This document shows positions 1-12,901 of a DNA stretch of 64,000 nucleotides, one piece after another (position 1 is the stretch's first letter; each line of letters opens with the position of its first letter). The notes beneath the pieces are model-generated. The model made no database searches and was not told the DNA's origin. It saw only the letters and a list, made by a program, of their open reading frames with translations. This DNA is from Takakia lepidozioides. Lineage: Eukaryota > Plantae > Bryophyta. The stretch covers positions 72,168,001 to 72,232,000 of the forward strand of contig CM060732.1 of NCBI GenBank assembly GCA_030704615.1, in the 5' to 3' direction. A program made the translations under genes and the position numbers.

Positions 1-350
1 CCTTATATTCTGTCATCGCCGACATTTATGTAAACGAAGTGGAAGTACGGTTCGTCGATGTCTTTGAGACAGTACCCGATCAGCAAATATATGTATGCAA
101 GACTTTGCCTCGTAATAGCTTGCAGTGCACATGATGCCCGGCCGGTGCAGATTTTGGATTGTCCCAACCTAAAACGTTTTTAATTTGTTTGTTGAGCATG
201 ATCAAATTCGATATGTAGACCTTACACACCATTTGTAGATGGCCATGAAACAAAGTCCATCATTTCTCTAGTGAACAAACACCTTACGTGCATTGTGTTT
301 GTAAAAAACGTCCATTTTTTAGAGACAATCTCCACCAATGTCTCATTATG
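1..350 (-). pseudogene. Replitron-type HUH endonuclease remnant (runs off the left edge of the window)
   Basis: Manual minus-strand translation across frameshifts gives SLEK..HGHLQMVCKVYISNLIMLNKQIKNVLGWDNP..HHVHCKLLRGKVLHTY..IGYCLKDIDEPYFHF. This has the HUH motif (HGH), LGW, LHT and GYCxKD, and is colinear with the HUH at 32.7-40.1 kb. Confidence 0.75.
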
Positions 351-1059
351 CTACCGCTTTAGAGACGCTTACTTCAAGTAATTTTTTGCCTAAGCGTTTA
401 TTCGCAATGGCTTTATCTCTAGCCAACGCTTTCATGGACTCAAGTTTTACATGAGCTGCATCGGCACCTCGTGTACAACCCTTTAACACCATTACGCAAT
501 AGAACATATCGGTTTAGGGAGACGCTTATTGAGTCGCTCTGATATTCCTCGGTGCATTGATTGTATCTCGCCTCGTGTATGCAACTTGCACTGAGCCCAC
601 CTCCTCATCCCATGGCGTAATAAAAAAAAAAATTGCATGCAGTCCTACCTGGGAGCGTCTTACACATGGTGTAAGGTATAACGTCATCTCAGGATGAAAC
701 TTCCCATCGGAGAAGATAACCGATTTTAACAAAGAAAATTTCCAGGTGGTTTTAACATACTCATAAGACAGCCATAGCCTTTCGGCCATAGACCCTGCGC
801 CCGATTGGGCGAAACAAAAGACACCAGAAACTATGTTTGTGAAGACTCACTCCGGTAGTATGACTTATATTGATACGAACAATTAGTTTGGGCTTTCCAA
901 ATATCCTCTAGCTAAAGTGCTCATCATATTTCCAACTGTAAAATTGTGAAGCAATTTCTCACCATAAGTTATGGTGCAACCACAAGCTCTGGAAGTCACT
1001 CAGGCCAACAAGTTATGGGTCCACAGGGTTCAAATGAGTTTGGCATTGTGCCAAAGCTC

Positions 1060-3015
1060 CTATAGTCACTCCCCTAATTTGGTAGTGAGAACTTCCATCT
1101 TTGGAAATTCAAAATCATGTATATGGTGTTGAAAGAATTGAAGCTATGGAACATAGTGAAAAGGACTCAGCATAGACCTTTAGAACATGATGCTGCAAAT
1201 AGATTGCAGTATGATGAGAGGGACCAGAGGGCATAGGCTCTCATTGCTCTAAAGTTTACAAGACTCTCAATTATCCATATGCGTTTAGCTAGAATTGCTA
1301 AGGAAACATAGGAAAGGTTGGAAGCTCATTGATATGAGAAGAGGGCATTACCTTCTAAGACATTTAATGAATGTACAGGTGGAATGAGTAGACACCTGCA
1401 TGACAAGTCACATCAATAAAATTAGAGAATTATCACTGCAACTAGAAGCAAGGGGGGAGGTAGTTAATGATGGCATGTTAGTGATGATTTTGTTATTAAG
1501 TTTGACTGAAAACTACCACAATCTCATTACTGCTTTGGAGACTATGATAAATACTCTCAAACCCGCTGCCCTGCCTGGTGTGTGGATTGTTCGTGACCAG
1601 CTGGTCTGGTGGTGACGTTTCCACCTGTGTGCCTAATGGCTTATCTGAAAGGGGGTTAATTTTTCCCCCTCCTCAAGGGCCTGAATTGTGAGCAGTCGCT
1701 CCCATGTTTCCTTTTCAAAAAACAAAACAAAACAAAACCAAAAAATAAATAAAAATTGGGGCATGTAAGTGAGAGATTGTTATATGAAGAATTAGAGATC
1801 AAGATGAGGGAATAATAATGTATTCAAGTGATGAAAATGTCTTCTATGTACAAAAGCTAAAGGGGAAATTCAAACGAAAGTCGTATGAATAGATGCAGTA
1901 ACAAAAGCAACAAGTGTTTAGGCGGAAAGGCAACTGTAACATCCGCCAGGAGCGCTGCCATTGGGCACCAAAATGTCCAAAGAAGTATGCAAATGAGGCA
2001 AGTACATTCCATCAAAAAGGTGTTTGTTGTAGGTCCAGAAGTTTCGAAATCAGGGAGCTGGTATGTTGATTATGGTGCATCACAACATCTTTCCAGAAAT
2101 AATTATTCTCAGATCTGAAAGAGATTCCTAAGATGAGGATTTACTTGGGAGATAATTCAATACAAAATGTTACGGAAAAAAAAATCTATAATTATTGATA
2201 TGTTAGTCAATAGTAAAGGTAGAAAGGTTTGTCTGTATTTGTTCTTCTATATATGTCAGGCTTGGCCAAGAACCTTTTCTCAATCAATAAGGCTACAACC
2301 AGGAGCTTATCGGTCGACTTCAATAGTCAAGATTGTCAAATAAAAAATGATTATGGAAAGGTTATAGCAGAAGCTATGAGGCATGACAAACCGTATATAT
2401 TACCTTGTAGCTTAGAGATAAAAGATAAAGATAAAGATTTTTTAACGTCCAGTGAATTTACAGAGCCTACTGCTCAACACACAGGCCATCGAGGGCCCAA
2501 TGGACGGTCTGAAGGCACATGTTGAAGGATTGAACCCAGGATCACCTAGGTTATGCACAAGCAAGGCACAACCCAACCACTGGGCTACCTGCTCAAGTGC
2601 TTAGAGGTGGCAGTAAAATATGCTCATGTTGGAAGAGACCAAAAGCAAGATGTGTCACTTCGGCATAAAATAATGGAACATGTTAGTAATATTTTAGGGC
2701 TTCAACAAATACAAAGTTTGAAGTAGTGGATGGAATGGACCCTAGGTATTGAGCCAATCTACAAGGCTGCAAAGCTTGCTTAGTTTGCAAGTAGAAAAGA
2801 CTTCATTTTGCGAGTGATGAAGTGCAAAATGCTTCCAAGCCCTTGGATCAGTTGGTGCACCTTGACATATGTGGAACCATGAAGAATAACTCTTTGGGAG
2901 GTTGTAAGTATTTTGTCACCTTCATTGATGATTGCACTAGGAAAGTATGGTACTACTTCTAAAGCAAAAGAATGAGGTTCTAAATAAGTTCAAAGAGATC
3001 AAGATGGGGAAACCT
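1060..3015 (+). mobile_element. Degenerate Ty1/Copia gag-protease-integrase N-terminal part
   Basis: Fragments: NFHLWKFKI (gag N-term), UBN2-like MTSHINKIRELSLQL..LLLSLTENYHNLITALE, protease WYVDYGASQH, LAKNLFSI, and integrase VHLDICG..SLGGCKYFVTFIDDCTRKVW. Many stops and frameshifts. Confidence 0.85.
2418..2600 (-). mobile_element. tRNA-derived SINE family A, copy 1
   Basis: Head GCACTTGAGCAGGTAGCCCAGTGGTTGG (A box) and GGTTCAATCC (B box), with a (TTTATC)n tail. Flanked by GCTTAGAG at 2410-2417 and 2599-2606 (TSD). Homologous to 9490-9687 and 44818-44997. Confidence 0.85.
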
Positions 3016-4619
3016 TAAATGAGTGCCAAGAGGATGAACACAAAACTATATGTGAGCTTGTCCAGCTGTGTCCATTCTCAAACTCGGCAGCCAAGGATAA
3101 CTTTCTCGTGGAAGCACGATTGCACTGAGATAAGTCATCATGTTAGGTGGTTTAATTGAAAAAACCTAGCGGCTCTGAGCGACATTTTCCACGAATTACT
3201 TGTTCACTTTCGATATTGTTGGACATCGCGGGCCTTAGTAATTGACGAGTGTAGTACCCTTGTGGAAATTTCCTTTGAATGTACGAGCTACATCCACAAT
3301 GCCAATACCTTGATCAATTGTGCATGCAACATCGATCTGCACTACAATATCATTTTGGAGCTCTGTCAGCTCTCTAGCTCAAAAACTCGTGCTCAACACC
3401 TTGAATTTGGATTATAAACACTAAAGACATGTCTCAAACATAACTGTCTATGTGTTCATATATGGTCAAATTTCCCGATGACAAATTTGACAACATCGCC
3501 AAGCAGCACCTGCGGAGGGGCTAGATGGGGCCTTGATGAGCAGGAAGGGATGTCCCCATGTGTCCCGATATGCGTATTAAGTATCTGGAGAAGCATTCGG
3601 CCTCAATGGACTGGACAGACACTATACTTTGAGACGTCAGCTATATCGCTCGTTCTATCCTAAATGCAGCGGATGAGCGTCATCTCGTGAAATCTGGTAG
3701 GTATGTAAGAGAGGTAATGAATGGCACTGACAGACCTAGAACGGCTTGGATTTTGTCCGGTTGCAAACCTTCAACACTTTGGGCTTCGTACCCTTTTGAT
3801 TCGAAGCTCCGAGCGTGGTTTCGTTCGTAAGATAGGTCCTTTACTTGTGTATGTGTCGTGCATTCCATTCCTTTCTTCCTGGTCCCTAACAACCCATTTC
3901 CTTCTCATATCTCTATCCTTTCATCGCGGGATGGCGAGACCCATGTCTTGTTTTAGGGGTCTCTCTGAGTATGTGTCTGGCCATCTCCCTCTAGTTCTCG
4001 TACCCCCTTGTTAGACGCTGCCTCTTTGGCATATAGGTGTATGTTAGTTTGCCCTAACTTGGTAGATGCATCCGTCTTTGCTCTACGGAAGCAATTCTGT
4101 CTAACTCTACTCTTTTGGTCTAGTTATTTACCCTCATCTCCCATGTAACAAGTTACACCAGGGTCTTTCTCATCTAGAAAATGGACTTTCTAACAAGAGT
4201 GGAGAGGAGACTGGTGGACGGCAAGAGCTAGCATGATATGCGCCGGAGTGAAAATTAGGGATCGACAGTTTTCAATGCCTATGAAGCTAGATACGAAGGA
4301 AAAGAAACAGGGGACCGTGGAAAGGCTGCGGATAGCATTTGGACATAAAACCGAAATATCCTCGCAGTACGCAAAGTAGATAGCGTTGGGGATAAATCTA
4401 TATTCACTCTACGTCCAGTGGTTGGGGGAGGTTACCGTGTGGACTCTGTAGTTTATAAAAGACAAAAGAAGAAGGGAGGCATTTTCTATAGAGGGAAGAC
4501 TCCCGGGGCCGAAGCAGACTCTACTGCATGCCTTCCATATGAAAATCTACCATCATATCTGGTCAAGCAGGGCGACGTGAAAGTGAACATGAAAGTGAAC
4601 GCTATGAGGTAATCCTCCA

Positions 4620-5530
4620 CTTGTTGTCAAAGTCTCCCGAGCTCCTTGCTTCCTAACATTCAAGCCTTCATGATAAAATTGACTTATTGTATGTCTTCTT
4701 CGAGCTCACCATTGAGAAAGACTGTGTTTTACATCCATTTTATGTATTTCCAAATCATGGATTGCCCCAAGAGCCAACAAAGTGTGAATAAGACAAACTT
4801 AACGACATGAGCAAACATTTCATTAAAACCAACGCCAAGTTGTGTTTGAGCAATACCCCTTAGCCACTAATTTGGCTTCATACCTCTTGTTAACTTCTCC
4901 TTGAACATTTCACTTGATGCAAAAGACCCATTTACAACCAACGGCTTATCTTCTACGTGGTAAGGTGGCCAATCTCTAAGTCTTGTTCTCCATGGACTTG
5001 AGCCTATCGCTTCCCATTCTTCGGCTTGGTCTCCCATTCTTGCTTGCTAATTAAGATTCTTGGTCTCCTTCATTTCCAAAATGTTGGCCGATTCATCTTT
5101 AGCAAAACTTCCAAAGATTATTGTAGGTTTTTGAATTAGCTCACTTCTCCTTAGCTGAAATTCAGCTAGTACAGGTTCAGTAGATGGTAGTGGTTCTACT
5201 ATAATTGCCCATTGCTCCACTTTTCCCGCAAGCAATTCTTCTTTAGAACTTCTTTCAGAAATTTGATCATCAATTTCTAATGCTTTTGTAGCTTTCTCTA
5301 ATATTACTACATCCCGGCTGATCACAATCTTTATCTTCCTAGGATCCCATAGCTTGTAGTTTTAGCCATCCCCCAAATATCCAACCAAATTAATGCATCT
5401 TGTATTTTTCAGCTCAAGCTTGGTTTCTTTAGGCTTGTGCACATAAGCTACACTCCCAAAGACTCGCAAGTGCTTAATGGATGGTTTTTTTCATGCTTCC
5501 TCTGGTGTTGCCCCTTTTACAGGTGGGACA
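4620..5530 (-). mobile_element. Degenerate Ty1/Copia integrase C-terminus plus RT N-terminal part
   Basis: HLRVFGSVAYVHKP..VGYLG..YKLWDP..VISRDVVI, then KWVFCIK, YEAKLVAKG and MDV..FLNGELEED motifs. Confidence 0.85.
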
Positions 5531-7911
5531 TCTGTTCTTCACCGTTAGCGTCAACTTCCGTCAAAATGTGTAGCTTATTTAAATATAACCGGCTTCTTAA
5601 GATTCTCAGATTGAAGCTGCTTCAATTATTCCAGGCGTTGTTCTACATTTATTTGCATACCACAAGCTGAAGGAGTGTGTGCAGGTGATCTTCTGATTGA
5701 GAGCTGAGCATTCAAAATCGACGAGTATTGTCTACTGGAATGCGACATGGAGAAGTGTCTTGAAGGCATGCAGGATTCGAATGAGAATGCAGGGAATGCA
5801 CCACTATCGTCTATAATTTGCATCAAAACTCCAGACATGATTGCAAATTATGTTCACATGAGTGTGAAATCGATCTTTCAAGGGCACTGAGGTTTCGGCG
5901 CCGAAATTGGGCCTACCAATCTAGAGAGGTCGGCGTCGGTGCCCCCCACCGCTCTCAGCAGCCGCCAGAGAGGCGGTGAAGGTGGTTTTGGTCTCGCAAA
6001 TTTCTAAAAGTTTCCATTGTAGCCTCATCCCTCTCACACTTCCATCAGACCCCAAGTGCCGCGGACAACCCGGACAGGTTAGGTAGATGGGACAGAAGCG
6101 GTGCAGAACTTGCTGGACACCTTCCTCGTACGTGGTTGGTAGGTGGTCCTCCTAGTGCCGTAGTGGTGGGCGGGTGGTTTGCCTCACATGACATCAATGA
6201 ACTGCATCGATCATAATAGTCTCATCGTTTTCCTTAACTTCTGGAAAGGCAGAAGGTTACTTAAAGCTACAACATCTGCTCAAGTTTGAGATGATATATT
6301 TGAGAGTCTACAAAAGGTTCGGAGCACGCCAAGCACGAGGTGGACCAATCTTTTAGTTAGCGATTGTGTGATGAAGAAGCTGTCCATGTGAGGGCCCTTC
6401 AAAAAGCTGACTTCAAGGTCAAGTTTCCAATCTTAGCTGGCCCGGTCAGGTTTTCACCATTGCGGATATTGCCCGCCTCCGTTCCGCCCAAGTATATATA
6501 CTTGTGAGGATTTCAGCTTATTGTTGAGACAGGAGATCCCTCTTATTTTGTAGCGTGAGGGGATGGGTGATCTGCGTTCTCACTTTAGCATTGAGCATAT
6601 ATTAGTATCTGTGTGTTGTATCATGGGGGACTGCAGGTTTATGAGAATATTAGACTAGGCCTCCTTGGACTAATGCAGCGTTCGGTGAGAGACTTTCAAA
6701 TTAAGATTCTTGATGTCTCCAGCCCTCTACTCAGGAAGCTTCAGCGTCAAGTTCGTGAAGCAAGAACCTTCCAGCTGGTGGCCTTTGGCCAGGTCGCAAA
6801 GCACCATATAAATGGAGTCTAGCCTAGTAGCTCTCAATGTGTTCCTCCATGGCCTTCGATAGTGGAAGTGATGTTAGGATTCAGCCAACCTGCCCTTTCA
6901 GAGCACCAGATGGGAGTACTCCAGGCATGGCGACATTGGCGATTCTCAGTCTTTGCTTTTGAAGCATGTGGTTGACTGAGAGAAATCAAGCATCAGAGTG
7001 ACACTCTATCGCGCAATCTCTCTCAGCCAACCATATGCCTTAAAATGGGGATAAATGAAGTAAACGTACCTGAGCAGTGGGAGACGATTACAGCTCGCTG
7101 CAGGTGCGAGCACGGTACGTTCAATTTCCTTACAGATTCTAACTATATCTCCGAGGATGGGGAAGAAGGAAAACAAACCTGTAGTGCAATAGAATTGCAG
7201 ATATGACCTATTCTTTGGAACTGACAAGTCTCATGGCGTGTATGGTATGCAGGGTAAGTGCAAAGCTTTCACTCTTGCCTGAAGGCGGACCTGGTGCTCA
7301 GGTTCGATTGTCCTCATGCATGCAACTTATAGATTTGTAGTATTTGAGAGTCTGACCTAGCTAGATCCAATCCTCATTTTAGTATGTCAAACAGGTGTGC
7401 CAGCAGCCAGATGTTTCCCGATCATCCCTACTTGAAGTCACTTGAAGACAATGCCTGAAAACAGCACTAAGTTGGATCCTTGACAGATTTAATGTCCATC
7501 AGTCAACCAGGGTTGGGACCAGATTCTCTAGATACACAGTCTAACAAGCAATCCTTTCGATCATCGCTCCGCAAAATCGTAATCAATCTTCAAGCATAGA
7601 GACGTAGTTTATATGAAGTGCTGAAAGCAAGTCAGCAGATGCATAAGTCTTAGTCCCTGCACATAGACAAGCCCGCTAGCAGCTCCACTAAATTCGTGAC
7701 CCTCTCTGCTCTGCAATTTCTGATTTTGCAGGTGCGGAAGTACCATCTTCTCCGATGTGTTGACCGATGTGCCACGTGCATCATCGGGTTATTTAGAACA
7801 TTTATGTAGTTAGGGTTGACGTCCACCGAAATAGAAGGCCCGTACCAGGCAGGTGGCCCCCGCCGCTTTTTTCTTTTGGTGTTGGTTTTGCTTGTTTATC
7901 AAAACCCTCTA

Positions 7912-9411
7912 CAGTCGGACCTGGCTAAGTGTTATGGGTTGGGAGTAGGAAAATACCAGTGTTGTGCGGGTTCTGCGTTTTTAAGGAACCCGCCTTGGTC
8001 GGGTTTTGGTTTTATTTTTTGAGCTGGGTCCGGATCTAGGTTTTTACAATTTGGAAAATCCGGGTCCGGGTCCTGGTTTGTCAACACGGACTCGGATTAG
8101 GGTCTGGGTAGTTGTTGGGAAATGCTTACTAGCGGGTTCACGGGTTCGGATCCGGGTCCTAATTAATTGATTAAATAAATTAAAAATAATATTAATTTGG
8201 GATAAAAAAATATTTTTGGCTGGAAAAAAATTAAATCCTAATAATAAATTTTATTTTAAGAGACATTCCTTCAAAATATACCATGAATATGTATTGCCCC
8301 TTTAACACAAGAATTAAAATAGAAGTTTGAGTTCCATTTTCCATTCTTCAATGTCAATTCTTTAAACATGTTAAGAATAGTAATATGTCTCAAGGCTCAC
8401 AGATCACTATAGTATGGATGTGTGGAATCTGGCCTGATAATAATATATGACGCCTTCTTTGGGAGGTGTAAATTATGGGGCACAACTTTGTGACACCAAT
8501 TCGTGGATTGAAGGTGGTATGTGGCCATTACCAGATGGCTACACCAAGTTGGCTGCTATTGAGGCCTATTGTTGCTTGTCCCCTCCACACATATGACAAA
8601 ACCTACCAAATCTAAGGTGGACCCCGCATGCCCCATCTGAAATTAAGACCCAGACCTGTAGCCCACGCGTAGCTGGTTTAAGGGGTTATGGACCAGCAGG
8701 TCCGGATCGGGTTCCTGGTTTATTTTAAAAATGAACCTGGATCAGGGTCCGAGTTTTTGGTGATATCACGGATCCGGGTGCGGATCCGGGTAGCCCGGAT
8801 CCTAACCCGTCAGGTACCCACGGTCAAAAATCCGGACCTGCACAACATTGGAAAATACGTAACAGAAATAGAGTATTAACAATTTAACAGTTAGAAAGTT
8901 TCCATCGACAATCTTAACACTTACAAAATTAATACACATGAAATACCATGTCATTAAAATTAACACTTATAACAATAAAAATAAATCAATCGAACAAAAT
9001 TGCGTTGAGTATCACACCTTACTCAGATGGCTTGACATCAATCTATGCATGTTGGAAGAATGAATCTACCGTGGTTTGATGAGATTCTCAATGGTCATTA
9101 GAAGCTAATGAAGGTATGGTTAGGATTGGTCAGTGGTTTTAGTAAACAAATTGTGACCACATCGAGAGGATTTGTTTTAGATCAGCTGATATGGATAAAT
9201 TACTAGCTACTTTTACGCCTTATCATGATCCTAATCCATTATCGTCACCATTAACACTTACATGGGTCATTTTGATGAAGAAGGGAGTAAAACTTTTATA
9301 ACACTTAAACACTTAACACTTGCTAGTGTATTTTTCTGCGGGAGTAGAAGTTTCCATAACAGTTATAGGTTCTTAACACTTATAGAGATAACACTTAGCC
9401 AGGTCCGGCTG
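7912..9411. mobile_element. Non-autonomous Tc1/mariner (pogo-like) TIR element
   Basis: TIRs CAGTCGGACCTGGCTAAGTGTTA (from 7912) and TAACACTTAGCCAGGTCCGGCTG (to 9411), with TA on both sides. Confidence 0.85.
7957..8850. mobile_element. Non-autonomous hAT element nested in the Tc1/mariner MITE
   Basis: TIRs CAGTGTTGTGC..GCACAACATTG, a perfect 8-bp TSD GAAAATAC (7949-7956, 8851-8858), and clustered subterminal CCGGGT/GGATCC motifs. Confidence 0.9.
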
Positions 9412-9489
9412 TATAGGAAAGGTTTTGCTCATTTGGATCCTTCTCTTTACTACATTGGGAAAGTGTGGAATGGTTAAGTCTAGATTGAG

Positions 9490-9687
9490 GCACTTGCTTG
9501 TAGATAAGGAACCTTCAACAGGTTTTAGTTTCTTTCCACAAGGTAGCCCAGTGGTTGGGTGTTTGTGCCTTGCCTGTGCATAACTTAGGTGATCATGGGT
9601 TCAATCCTTTAACATGTGCTTTCAGACCATCCATTGGGCCCTTGATGGCCTGTGTGTTGAGCAGTAGGCTTTGTAAATTCATTGGAC
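9490..9687 (+). mobile_element. tRNA-derived SINE family A, copy 2 (head interrupted, 3' truncated)
   Basis: GCACTTG at 9490, a ~45-nt insertion, then AGGTAGCCCAGTGGTTGG..GGTTCAATCC..CATTGGAC. The tail is absent, cut at the junction with the large element. Confidence 0.8.
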
Positions 9688-9694
9688 CTTTTGA

Positions 9695-9907
9695 ACCTGG
9701 TATTAAGATATATAGAAAGCAAAGTTCGATAAAAAAATATAAGTGCATGTCAATCCAAATCAAAGGCAAAACCTTGCGCAAGTGAAGGGCGAAGAGATTT
9801 GAATAACCATAAATAATTATGATTATGGTATGGATACTTCATTCCCAGTATGATTATGGAAGTATAGTCATTGCATCGGACAAGTATTTAAATGAAAGAC
9901 TCGTCCT
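9695..9907 (-). repeat. Inverted, rearranged copy of the 25.4-27.0 kb repeat unit
   Basis: The reverse complement of 9695-9849 matches ~26025-26180, and that of 9853-9907 matches ~26182-26237. Confidence 0.85.
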
Positions 9908-9909
9908 TT

Positions 9910-11557
9910 TGGCAGGAGGGGTTTTCTTTCCATCCTTTAGAAAAACCTCACAAAGGTAACCGATGTCCAGAACCAGGACGTAGTATCCTGGTCGGCACCC
10001 GTTCGGTCCCCAAGGAAGGGAATGCAGATCGTTTGGATTGACAAAAAGGGAATAGTCGACTGGAGGGTAATGCATGTTGTCCTGTGGAATAACAGAAGAG
10101 TTCATTATTAATTTCAATTTCAGAAATTCCAAAGTAGACAAACGGAAGAATAGAGTTGAAATCATTACCGTTTTTTGGGGCGGCTGCTGAGATCCCTGGG
10201 CAGGCTACTCCTCATCTTTCCCATCTCTACGGCAAACGTTATCGTCCTTCTCTGTGGCATCAAATGGCAACCTCGACTGTCCAGTGGAGGTAACTTGTAT
10301 GACCGGCTCAGATTGAGCGACAGTGATTGTTCGATCCACTCTTCTCTTCACCGTCTCAGTGTCGATGGAGTCGGTCCTCGTGTGTTTGATCTCCTCAGAC
10401 GTCGTTTCACGAATCTACAGGAAATGAAAGAATCCCACGGATGAGGATTATGATGGTCCAAATTGATCCAACAAAATTATCGAATTGAGTAATATCGAAG
10501 ATGAGACTGAAAGACCAATAATATGAAATAAGAATAAAGCCAATGTTTTACCCGAATCGGGATCTGTTGTTGGATTACATGCTTGTGGTGCTCTGTCTCT
10601 TCTCCCTCCCAACGAGTAGGAGGATTCTTTGACTCATTCCCTGCAGATGGCAACGTCCACTGGACAATGGAGGTTACTTGTGGAACCGGATCAGGTGACC
10701 TGGACCTCACTGTCAGATCCATGTGTCTCTTCACCGTTTGAGTCTCCTTTGAGCCTTTTCTTGTGTGCGTCATTTCCTCCGATTGGGATTATTGGATCTA
10801 CAAGAAAAGTTATCCAAATCAGTTAGTGGTTGTCCACAAAGGTGTGCGAACGGAAATATGTGTGCGGGTGGAAATATGTTTTATTCGGAAATCCAGAAAA
10901 ATGGATATGGAAAAAACATTGGGATTATGTATAATTACAATATTGTCATATTGTATTCAGAAGTGTGTACGAATAAAAATTCACTAATTGTCATTCGTTA
11001 CCTACATCCAGAACCACTTCCTGGGTGACATTCTGGGATACCAGCTCACGACGATTGTTAACGGGATCCGCTGACATAATCAATGGCTCGTCACCTTCCA
11101 CAGGTGTGAAGCCTTGACTGAGGTTTCAACTAACTCCGTCGATGTCGCTTCTTGTCCCCCTGGAGAAGCCGGATTCTTATTCGTGCTGTTATCGGAACTG
11201 GAGGAAGAGTTGTCCAAATTGTGTACATCTTCTGGTGCAACGCGTTCTTGGGTATTTGGAGTACTACCTAGATTATCCAACCGGTATTTTTCCTGGCCCT
11301 CTCTTTCCCTTTCCCACATTAGCCGTATCTTCCTCTGGTCTCCGTCGACGATTTCCATGTTCTAATCTTCATCTTTCTCCTCCTCCTCGTCCTCTTCTTG
11401 TTTCTCCTCCATTTCCTCGTCCTGATCCTTGTCGTGTCCTTCTTCAACATCTTCTTTGTCCACTTCGTCATCCTGCAATGAGTCTACGTCATCTCCGTCT
11501 CCTGCGATAGTCTGATTGTCAATCTGGAGCGTCTTGAAATAGGCCTCCACCTTGCTT
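9910..11557 (-). pseudogene. Multi-exon acidic/low-complexity coding remnant of the large element (possibly the 3' part of the 14.8-18.1 kb gene)
   Basis: Acceptor TTTTGTAG near 11558. D/E-rich ORFs 11362-11550 and 11080-11358 are separated by one in-frame stop. Duplicated exon-like segments 10233-10400 and 10620-10760 each contain the element palindrome. Confidence 0.5.
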
Positions 11558-11659
11558 CTACAAAATTTAACAACAGATGTAAAATGCGTATGCCTTTCTA
11601 CGTTTGCTACTGTTCCAGGGCGACATCTTCAGAGCTGGAATTGCACCACAACAAATCAG

Positions 11660-12058
11660 CAGGATAGGGTGCACCCACATTTTACATGTACATGTCCACA
11701 AGGGTATTGTTCATAATGACATTTGGTAAAATTCCATATCTGACAATGTTGCCATGTTTCCAGAGCTGTCAGGCTTGCACATGCGTCGCAAATGCACAAA
11801 AATGTGATGTGGTCAGGCCTCACCCCTTCCCCCATCATTTGATCATAGGTCTCCAAAGCCTCCATACCACGTCCGGCCTGCTGTGCATACCCTGCAAGCA
11901 TCGCGTTCCATGACACCACATCTCGTTCAGCCATAGTGTTGAAAACTCCCTTCGCATCCTTAATGCACCCACATTTGGCATATATGTCACCAGGGCAGGG
12001 TTCAGAATGACATCAGGTACAATTCCAGCTTTGACGATGTCACCATGGACCTCTTTCT
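11660..12058 (-). pseudogene. PLS-class PPR gene fragment
   Basis: EVHGDIVKAGIVPDVIL..YAKCGCIKDAKGVFNTMAERDVVSWNAMLAGYAQ..EALETYDQMMGEGVRPDHITFLCICDACASL; frameshifted. Confidence 0.9.
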
Positions 12059-12901
12059 GGCCCTCTTGGATGAATCTGGACCCACACTCTATCCCTGCTC
12101 CTTCAGCTATCCATGCCTATGCATAAATCATGCATACATCCTTGCCTTGCTGCTAGCAGCTGACGATGACAGCCTACATTTATTCTAGGAAACACCCAAC
12201 TCAACTTATCACACTAGTTCATATGCTCAATTGCATCTGCTACTCTCTATAATCAGACAGACATTCACCTTCTTGCCTGGATTGTCCCACCATTGACTGG
12301 GTAAGAAAAGTATTCATTCCATAGCTTCTCCTCATCTCTGTTACATGTTTCTGGATGCTTTCCTGTTGTCACATTGGCAGTATCATGTCAAGTCACTCCA
12401 AACTATCAAAGATTCACTCAACCAGCTAGCATGCAAAATTCAACATGGAAATTTAGGGTCAATTCTGATAAGAAGGAAAAACAGGGTGAAATGTGTTGAA
12501 GAAGGTGCCTTCATTCGTAGTGCCTGATTTGTCAGTTCCACCGCTACTGCTGCAGCTTTCAATTGACCATCTATCCATGCAGGTTGCTAGTAGCTATTGA
12601 TCCACAGGGAATCATAGGACCTTGAAGTCCGGCCCTCTTCGATGAATCTGGACCCACACTCTATCCCTGCTCTTTCAGCTATCCATGCCTCTGCCAAAAT
12701 CATGCATTCACCCTTGCCTTGCTGCTAGCAGCTGATAATGAAAGCCTCGAATTGTTCTAGGAAACACCCAACTCAACTTATCACACTAGTTCCTATGCTC
12801 AATTGCATCTTCTACTCTCTGTAATCCAACAGGAATTCACATTTTTGCCTTGATTGTCCCACCGTTGACTGGGGTCAGAAAAGTATTCACTACAACAGAA
12901 C

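Noticed and set aside
3450-4620. Possible LINE remnants
   Set aside because: Only weak hints (WNAR..RN, KQGD); not enough to call.
5560-7750. Possible gene or pseudogene fragments (e.g. ORF 6613-6822)
   Set aside because: Looks coding-like in places, but I could not recognise a motif or a consistent exon chain.
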